This document shows, piece after piece, positions 1 to 7,800 of a stretch of DNA of 64,000 nt. Where the stretch lies: NCBI RefSeq assembly GCF_009914755.1, contig NC_060934.1; one strand, written 5' to 3'. The notes below the pieces were generated by a model. That model did no database searches. It saw only the letters and a program-made list of their open reading frames with translations, and was not told the origin of the DNA. Origin of the DNA: the human T2T-CHM13v2.0 reference genome, Homo sapiens. Numbering within the stretch: the stretch's first letter is position 1; each line of letters begins with the position of its first letter. The position numbers and the translations under genes were made by a program.

Positions 1-1156
1 ATTACTGGGTCAATAGATTTAGTTTTGACGTATGTTTAGTTTCATATTTCCAAATGTTCTAAAAATCACCAACTTGTTAAAGATATCATAATAATGATAA
101 CTTATTTTGAGGGTCACTTTTACCTTTTAAAAAGGCTTTCCTATCTACTACTTGATCCTACTAGTAACCCTATGACATCAGCATAGCAAATGTTTTTTAC
201 TGCCAACAGACATATAATGAAGCTGGAACAAGGAAAAATATTAAATGTCTTAAATAAGATGAATAGTTTGTTCTTAACAAGAGTGATAACTAAAAGCTCA
301 CCAGCTTTCAGAATGTGGTTTTAACTGTGCCTAGTTTTGTGCCACCTCCAATCCATTTTTGTAAATAGCCTGATATAAAGTACAAAAAAACCCTAATAAC
401 AAAACTATGTTTGTAGGAATCTAATCTAAACTTTGAAGTCTATGAATTTGTTCTTCAAATAATTTCTGGTGTTCCCAGGTTTTTTTTTTCCCCCTAGGGC
501 ATTCCAATCCCCTGTAAAATTTAAATCTGTGGATTCTTCTCAAAGCCTTCACAAAAGGAGGTAAGTATTTTGCCACATTTGTAGAATCTCAAATGCACCC
601 TTCAACACTGAGCACTAGTCATTCATATGAATCAGCTTAGAAAGATAGTGAAAGGAATGCCTTATGCTGGTCTTCCTATATCTTTCTGGAGTTTCTCATT
701 GATAAAAAGCTCACAATGCAACACTTCAAAACACAGCAGGAAGATATTTTCCATGGATCTAATCTCCATTGACTTCATCAGGCTAAATATAACAGCCTTT
801 CAGCTTTGGCCAGGAGATGGCACCTTCACAGAGAGCAAAGCCTCAGTTGGGACAATTAAGAAATCACCTTACTCTGTAGCATTAAAAAAACAAACAAAGT
901 CACCATTATTAAGATTGTTATGTAACATCTTCTTGGCCATGTCAGTTTCTCAAATACTTTGCTGATATCACTAAAACTGTCATTTTCTGTGAATTACAAT
1001 CATCTTTTAATGTACTTTTTAAAAAGAAAACTAACCAAAAAGGTGCTCCTTTAATCCCATTATACCCCACCTGACACCATGATATGACAAATCATTATTT
1101 AAGGTTTACTGTGAGCTAGACACCATTGTAATACTGTGAGATGCTGTTGTAATAAT

Positions 1157-1373
1157 TAGTATACGCTGATTATTTGGAAACTGATCATCAGCCTATGGAT
1201 TTATGCTAATTCTCTAGGCACCAAAATGTTGAATGAACCAGATGACCTTATTTCCCTGACCATGAAAAGCTAGTTTACTACACCAACTCAACAGGTTGTT
1301 GAGCGCTTTCTACAGGTAGGAAGATTTTTATATTACTCTGTTCTTTCCCAGAAGAAATGTATGTGCAAATAGA
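1157..1373 (+). repeat. 217-bp dispersed direct repeat, copy 1
   Basis: Ungapped match to 2120-2336 with 18 mismatches by hand count (~92% identity). Confidence 0.95.
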
Positions 1374-1434
1374 ATTGTAAGCCCTTTACATATATTAAGT
1401 GATTCAACTGGCTTCCCTTCTTAAATTTCTACTC

Positions 1435-1649
1435 CAGTTGTGTGCTGGATCTGGCGCCCACCAGCTCATAAGAACCAACTGTGCACATTTCTTTGCTAGT
1501 CTGGGCACAGTGACATCACATGGTTAGTTTGAAATTGGCTATGATGAGAGTATTTACACCACAGAAATTGGCATGTGCTACATACAAATGAGGACTTGAC
1601 TCGTCTTCTCCAAAGAGCCAGCTGTTAAACATTTACCACCACATCACTG
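1435..1649 (+). mobile_element. MER63A-like hAT DNA transposon MITE
   Basis: Termini CAGTTGTGTGCTGG ... CCACCACATCACTG. Internal GAGTATTTACACCACAGAAATTGGC matches the recalled MER63 consensus. Confidence 0.8.
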
Positions 1650-2119
1650 CCAATAACTAGTGATTATTCTGAATTCTTTAAGTATTATATTACACGTATT
1701 GATGGTCATGATTTCCAGATTAGAAATTAGTAAACGTCAGTTTATTGAATTCTAACAGCACTTTATTTTTTGGAATAATGTTATTACTTGAGTATGTTTT
1801 ACCAGAGTTTCTCCTATAGCAGTTTAAACATGGTCAAAAAGCAAATACTAATAACTACTGCTACTACTAATGAAGTAAATCAAATATAAAAGAAAACAAG
1901 TCTCCAGATTGTCTAGGTGATTGACACTGTAAAAACCACCATAAAGAATATTAGCAAAAATAAATAAATCAATACAATGAACTCTTTGTTTCCAAGCAGT
2001 CACTGGAACACTATTAATGGTAACTTCCATACACAATTAAAAAGTCAATATAATGCCCTGAGGCACTTCTGAATCACAAAGCAAAGATAAATTGGAATTG
2101 GTGTAATTTTGTTGCACTG

Positions 2120-2336
2120 TAGTATACACTGATTATTTGGAAACTGGTCATCAGCCTGTGGATTTATGCTAATTCTCTAGATACTAAAATGTTGAATGAA
2201 CCAAATGACCTCATCTCTCTGACCATGAAAAGCTAGTTTACTAAACCAACTCAACAGGTTGTCGAGCACTTCCTACAGGTAGGAAGATTTTGATATTACT
2301 CTGTTCTTTCCCAAAAGAAATGTGTGTTCAAATAGA
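2120..2336 (+). repeat. 217-bp dispersed direct repeat, copy 2
   Basis: Matches copy 1 at a constant offset of 963 bp. Confidence 0.95.
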
Positions 2337-3476
2337 CTGTCTTTAACAATGAATATACTTGCAAAATAATATTTAGGTCCAGCGGTAGCAGTAGTCTGTA
2401 GATATCATATACGGTTACACCAAACTGACCCACTTTAAAACTTGTGAAAACCTCTCAGTCCCTGAGAAACACTTTAGAATTGAGATTTAAATCGATTATT
2501 TTTCTTTGATAAAACTATTTATATATGTACAAACTTAAAAGATGGATATTCAGGTTCAAGTCTCTGGAGACTACACCACTTTCAGTGGGTCAGAATGGGA
2601 TAATGTGGACAAGACAGAGACAGGGGGTCTGTTGGGTGTTAAGAGAGACGAGCAAACATGTATCTGAGTGGACTGCTACGTGCAAGGTAAAAACATACTT
2701 TCGATACTGTGGAAAGCAATATCCACATACCAGTTCTTTCACATAAAGTGAGGAAATATAATTTCGACTGTCTCTATAGTGAGAATGTCTTCATAACAAC
2801 GAAATTGGGCATAAGTTGATGTTTAGAAACTTAACAATAGAAAGAGATAGCAAGACTAAGCAGGTGGATGAAACACTGATGTGTATTTGAGTTCCCATTG
2901 TATTCATCGTGTCTTAACAATTATTTTCTAGCATTTTCCATAAAAGTATTTTAATCAGTAATCCACCATTTACAAAACCCCTCATCTGGCTTATCCTGTA
3001 GGCCTTATTTTATTCAATTTGCTTTTTCCATGTCAAACTTACTTAGTAAGATGAATGCAGTTCTTAAATCATAAGATGTGCCACAGTTCAATATATCTCA
3101 AATAGTGAGATCTCCAATCACACTATCTGTGGATGCGATGTATATTAGTGATCCACTGTATTTCGTAAAAATACAAGTGAGATTTTTGAGTTTCTAGTTC
3201 TTCCCCTCTCCAGGAAAAAAAAAAAAAGAAAGAAAAAAGAAACATACATACTGTATACATTTCTTAACAAGAGTTCCCAAACCAAAAGTGCTAACAGGAA
3301 GGAGTATAAGAGCTTACACATTTAACTATAATCTTCCTGGTTTGGGGAACTCAGAAATCACTTAACGTACTTCAATTTCCATACCATTGACATATAATCT
3401 GGCTGAGATTGGAATCCCTCCTGGATCCATTTATAATCTACATTGTACACACTGACTTCCCCCCCGTAGACAGGCG

Positions 3477-3495
3477 TGACCACTAGATGGTGCTG
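3477..3495 (+). promoter_or_regulatory. CTCF-type motif
   Basis: TGACCACTAGATGGTGCTG fits CCASYAGRKGGCRS with one C>T change. Confidence 0.6.
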
Positions 3496-3526
3496 TGGTG
3501 CCCTGTTCAAAAACATTCCCACTTAC

Positions 3527-3701
3527 TTGCAGTCTCTGTCCTCCAAATCGAAGTGAGGGTTGAAGTTGATCATAATTCTCTGGTATGGGTCCGGAGCCTG
3601 AATCAGCCATTCGCATTTTTCACTTGGGTGATAAGAATGAGGATAACCAGGAGATGTAAGGTACCCGGGGCTTTCAATTTTTATAGTATCGCCACATTTA
3701 T
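3527..3701 (-). CDS. NRP1: Neuropilin-1 coding exon 2 (N-terminal part of CUB1/a1 domain), 175 bp
   Basis: Acceptor ctttcattgcag|AT and donor GCAA|GTAAGT. Phase-1 join with exon 1 gives (D)KCGDTIKIESPGYLTSPGYPHSYHPSEKCEWLIQAPDPYQRIMINFNPHFDLEDRDC(K), the recognised NRP1 sequence. Confidence 0.99.
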
Positions 3702-5697
3702 CTGCAATGAAAGTAAGATTTTAGCAGATCTTTCCTGACAACCTGTTAGGTAATCTAGCTTTATATGTAAATTACTGGTTATTAAACATTCCTTAACTTT
3801 TTAAGGGGAACTCTAAAAGGTCCCCGTAAGTCCTTCGTGTGGCTCTGAGTGCAACACTCCAGGAAAAAACACTCTTTGATCTCAGGAAGGTTGACTCAGG
3901 CAGAAAGCCAACTGAGATCTGAGAGGACTCTTCCCCCCAGCCCCGAAGTTTCTTCCTAAGGAAAAGGTCTTCTAGCATTAAAAACATTAAATCCCCTCAA
4001 TTGATGTTAACATGGTCCCCTGGGAGCTTCTGCTAGACTTAATTATCCCCCAAGAAGTGTAATCACATTAAGTAGCAAGTTCTAAGTGGAAAGTGACTGA
4101 AAGATGCTGTTCGACCCCTTGTGTTGTTTTTTGATGATAAGCCTGGTCTATGTCATTGATCAGTGGGGATTGTCTTTGATTGGCTTAAAGCCAAACCTTT
4201 TGTTGTTGTTGTTTTATCTGCCCATAAATCTAAGTGATTTTGAGTTATCTCTGCTCTTGAGATCCAAATCAACAGAGAACAAAGTATATTTGGTGAAGCA
4301 GAAATAATTCTGCTTTACTTCTCCAAGTAAAGTTGTTCAAGCTTGGAGATCGGATCAAAGCAACGGGGCAGAAGGAAAAGTAAATAGCCACATGGCATTA
4401 ATTCTAATTACCTAAATGTTGGGTGAAAAATAACCCACCACACAGGTCTGGGTATCACATATGGTAACCCACATTCTCACATTCTGGGAAAGGTGAGCTA
4501 AGTAGTTTTGAGCCTTCATTTCAAAAATGCTCAAGTGAAGCCAAATAAACCAAGTAAACCAGTCTCTGGGCTGCCTATATTGTTCAGCATAGATTCTTAT
4601 TGTCACATTTTATGATGGATTTCATACTGGAGCACCTCAGCCTGAAATGCTGCCACATTTATTGATGCTTAATTTTGAGCAATAAAAATTCGGTGCATAA
4701 ACTATATAAGAGAAACGGTATGAAAACAGTGAAATATATAAGCCTATCAATCACAAATTTTCAGTAATGGTAGATGTAGATTTTAACACTGCATCTAATA
4801 GATTCCCTGTGGAAAGAGAATGGCATTCTTTGCTCTCAGCATGAATTTATAAATCTACAGAATTTTATTACAGGAAAACCAGGTCAAATGGAAATGAAAG
4901 ATGAAGTGCACATCAAAAATGCATAAAGCTACATGCATTACAGAAATCATTTCCCATAAATTAAAAAAAGAAGACAATATAAGTTATATTGTTTTTCTCA
5001 ATCGCTAGGTGCTTCTGACTTTGTTCCTTAGACTGGGGGTAGTCTTATGCTGGTTTCCTTTGCACTGGCTTGTAAAAGTGTAAGCTTTGCCAGGAAGAAA
5101 TGATGTTGCAACTGGAGTTCAAAATCTCAGCTAATGATCATGTTGGACTCTGTTATGTGATTCTGCTGAGACTCTTGCATTATTTTGAATGTGCAGAAAA
5201 CTTGGAAAGTGACCTCGTCTCATTAAGTTTCCTCTAGCTCTGGACAAACATCATGGTAGTGTCTGGCATCTGTTACAGGAGTGAAATAAAACAGCACTGG
5301 TTCTAGTCACTCGACAGAGTCACTTCAGAAGACATTTAGGTGGACTTGGTACCACACCAGAGCTCTTTAATCTGTGACTTCTGAGAAAGTGACAGTGTAA
5401 TAAGATAATGTGGACTGCTAGACTCCCTGGCTCTGTTCAATCTCTCTAGCAGTTGATTAAGAAAGAGCAGTTTCTAATGACTCTGGACCATTAGTCCTAA
5501 ATAAGGTTAATGAATTAATTTAGCAGACACTGGTTACTCAGAGGAGGTGGACATGGCTTTGAGAGGTCTGCTGAGTTACAGAGGCATTTTCTGGCTCTGG
5601 TCACTTCAAGCATAGCGACATGGCTTTTGCTGGTAAAGCTCAACAACTAAAGCCAGATTTTCAGCATTCCCCAGATTTCTGCTAAGAAAACTAAGAA

Positions 5698-5719
5698 GTG
5701 TGTGTGTGTGTGTGTGTGT
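5698..5719 (+). repeat. (GT)11 microsatellite
   Basis: Read directly from the sequence. Confidence 0.95.
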
Positions 5720-5903
5720 ACTGCATATATATTTGTGTAGTTCACAACCTAAAGTCTGATAGCTCTTTGCATTGAGCTTCAAATCTATCTTGTGAACACC
5801 CCCACTATGGATTTAGTCTCAAGAGTTGTGGAGGACAGGGTTACTATAATTTCTAGTCCAACCATTTGAGCTCTTTCAGTTGGACGAGAATGCTATTTCA
5901 TTC

Positions 5904-6060
5904 CCTGCCAGAGTATAGAAAGATGCTACCAGCTCAGGTTCATTAATAAATTGAATTCTACATTCATAATTTTTTGTGTCTTGCTTTCCTGCCAGATTAT
6001 AGAAAAATGCCATCAACTTGGGCTCATTAATAAGCTGAATTCCATGTTCATAATTTTTTT
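5904..6060 (+). repeat. Diverged tandem duplication, 84-bp period, about 2 copies
   Basis: CCTGCCAGA-TATAGAAA-ATGC...TCATTAATAA--TGAATTC...TTCATAATTTTTT starts at both 5904 and 5988. Confidence 0.9.
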
Positions 6061-7129
6061 TTTGCATGTGTTTTGCTTTAAGCATCTCTTAAAATACTGC
6101 TTGGTAGCTGCTGAGGGAAATCCATTGCTAAAATCACAAAACCTTGAAAAAGCATATTAGAGAGATTAACTTCCATCATAAAGATGTGATTTAAATTCCT
6201 GTTGGTATGAGGCCCTCCACTTGCGGTCTCTTATTAAAACAATATACCACAGTAAGTAGTGGATGTTCTTTTCTTCTAATTACTGTGATTGAAATCTAAG
6301 CCAGACAAAAGTAAATATTTGATCATTAGTTAATAACAATTGCTGACGACTTACTGTAAAGATAATTGCATACCCTTGCCTGCACTTACTTTACAGTGTG
6401 AAGTCAAACATGCCTACAACCAGATCCCATTTTAAAACACATTATTTAGGTTACATGGTACTGTTTAGACCCCAGTATAGTTTTTCATTTACTTAACAGT
6501 GAGTGATTTTAAAAGCTAAGTGGAAGCTGCAACTAGCTTAGGGATTTTCAGATATCCTGGTGCCTTACACTGTATATGTCAGATTCCTGTATTGATACTA
6601 TGTAACTTTCAGTCATACTCCAGACAGATTACGGAAGGTGTACAAAGGCGGGGGAGGGAGTTTCATCAACCCACAAACCGATATCTCTGGCCGTCACCCA
6701 CCAGAGGAAACGGCTTAGGGGAGCAGCAAAGGAACCAGGAAGTAAGATCTCCTGGTAAAGTGTTCATTAACTTTCAACAGCCATCAGATTTTTGAAAGGG
6801 AGTCTCTTCTAATTGCCTTTGGGAGGAAACATTATTAAGATAATTGGCATGCTGATCTGGGAAGGTAGGCAGCTCTGTCTTGTAACAGAGGTAAGGAAAA
6901 GCCCCACAGCCCAAGGATCAACGTCAGGAGGGAGCCCAAAGACCTGAAATCCTCCTGCTCTAAACCGCCTGATCTCATTTCTTCTTCTCTCCTCCCAGAT
7001 AAAAGTTTCCTTCGCCCGGGAGTCGGTTGTTCCCGGCTGATCCCGGGAAGCCCCGCCTGAGCCCCGGTCCGGGGCGGGCAGCTGGGAGCCGGGGCGCCGC
7101 TGTCACCCGCGCCTCTGCCTGTCACTTAC

Positions 7130-7202
7130 CGTTGCGAAAAGCGCCGGCCGGGGCGAGGACGAGGGCGAGCACGGCGCAGAGGAGCGGCAGCCCCCTCTCC
7201 AT
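7130..7202 (-). CDS. NRP1: Neuropilin-1 coding exon 1 (signal peptide), 73 bp
   Basis: Minus strand GGGAGA ATG GAG AGG GGG CTG... reads MERGLPLLCAVLALVLAPAGAFRN plus 1 nt, the recognised NRP1 N-terminus. Strong Kozak context (A at -3, G at +4). Donor ACG|GTAAGT at 7130/7129. Confidence 0.99.
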
Positions 7203-7488
7203 TCTCCCTTCTCCGGGTCCGCAGGCAGACGCGGGAGAACGAGGACGTGGGGGGAAATGCAGCAAAGAGGAGAATCTAAGCGATCCGAAGAGCCCCAACT
7301 CCGCCTAGAGCTGTACAATCCTCAGCCCGTCTTGGAGAAAAGAAAGCAGCGAGGCAATGCCTGGATCCGAGAGGAACGCTTCTCTTTTTGTGTCTCAAGT
7401 CGCCTGCATCCTGTCATTTAGCTCCGGCTTCCTCTCCCTTTTCCCACACTTGTTCCTCTTCCAGGAGCCACTGCCCGGGCCATGTCTC
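7203..7488 (-). other. NRP1: NRP1 5' UTR of the main first exon; TSS approximate, next to the T25 tract
   Basis: Contiguous with the ATG and resembles the recalled NRP1 mRNA leader (GGCAGTGGCTCCTGGAAGAGG...). The exact TSS cannot be read from sequence. Confidence 0.75.
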
Positions 7489-7800
7489 AAAAAAAAAAAA
7501 AAAAAAAAAAAAAGGCCGGGGGGGGGCTGTGGGTGGGAGGGGGAGGAGGGAGGTAGGGCAACACACACCAAAGCCAATTTCCAGGAAGAAAAAAAAAAAA
7601 ATCCGGCTTGTTTCTGGACCCGTTGGAGCCGCGGAGCTGGCGCCCAGGGGAGGTCCGGGTGTCTGCGGGAAGGAGGGGAACGAGCAATGAAAAGATGAGC
7701 GGGAGACAGAGGAGTTTCACCAACTGCACCCCCGCCTCCCCTCCTGCGGCCTCCCCCCACTCCGGAGCCCTTCCCTCGCTTCCTCCCGCCCCTCTCCCCG
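7489..7800 (-). promoter_or_regulatory. TATA-less NRP1 proximal promoter
   Basis: Motifs read directly on +: A25 at 7489-7513, G-rich run 7518-7559, CCAAT 7574-7578, GAS-like TTCCAGGAA 7579-7587, A13 at 7589-7601, GC boxes (CCCGCC) near 7731 and 7785. Located immediately upstream of exon 1. Confidence 0.75.

Larger units (their letters stand above)
1..3526 (-). other. NRP1: NRP1 intron 2, 5' part; continues beyond the left edge of the window
   Basis: Starts GTAAGT at 3526. No further NRP1 coding sequence seen in 1-3526. Confidence 0.93.
3702..7129 (-). other. NRP1: NRP1 intron 1 (3428 bp, GT-AG)
   Basis: Lies between the exon 1 donor and the exon 2 acceptor. Confidence 0.97.

Noticed and set aside
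3431-3738. ORFs 3431..3616 (-) and 3487..3738 (+)
   Set aside because: Off-frame and antisense readings across NRP1 exon 2.
5876-6085. 69-aa ORF with an internal peptide repeat
   Set aside because: By-product of the 84-bp DNA duplication. It has a non-ATG start and no splice or homology support.
7481-7517. TGTCTC followed by A25 resembles the 3' end of an Alu
   Set aside because: No further Alu homology and only a 4-bp GGCC flank. I recall, unverified, a similar T tract in the mouse Nrp1 leader, which would predate Alu.
7620-7646. Possible REST/NRSE site in the promoter
   Set aside because: Only a loose, gapped match to TTCAGCACCACGGACAGCGCC, so it is not supportable from sequence.
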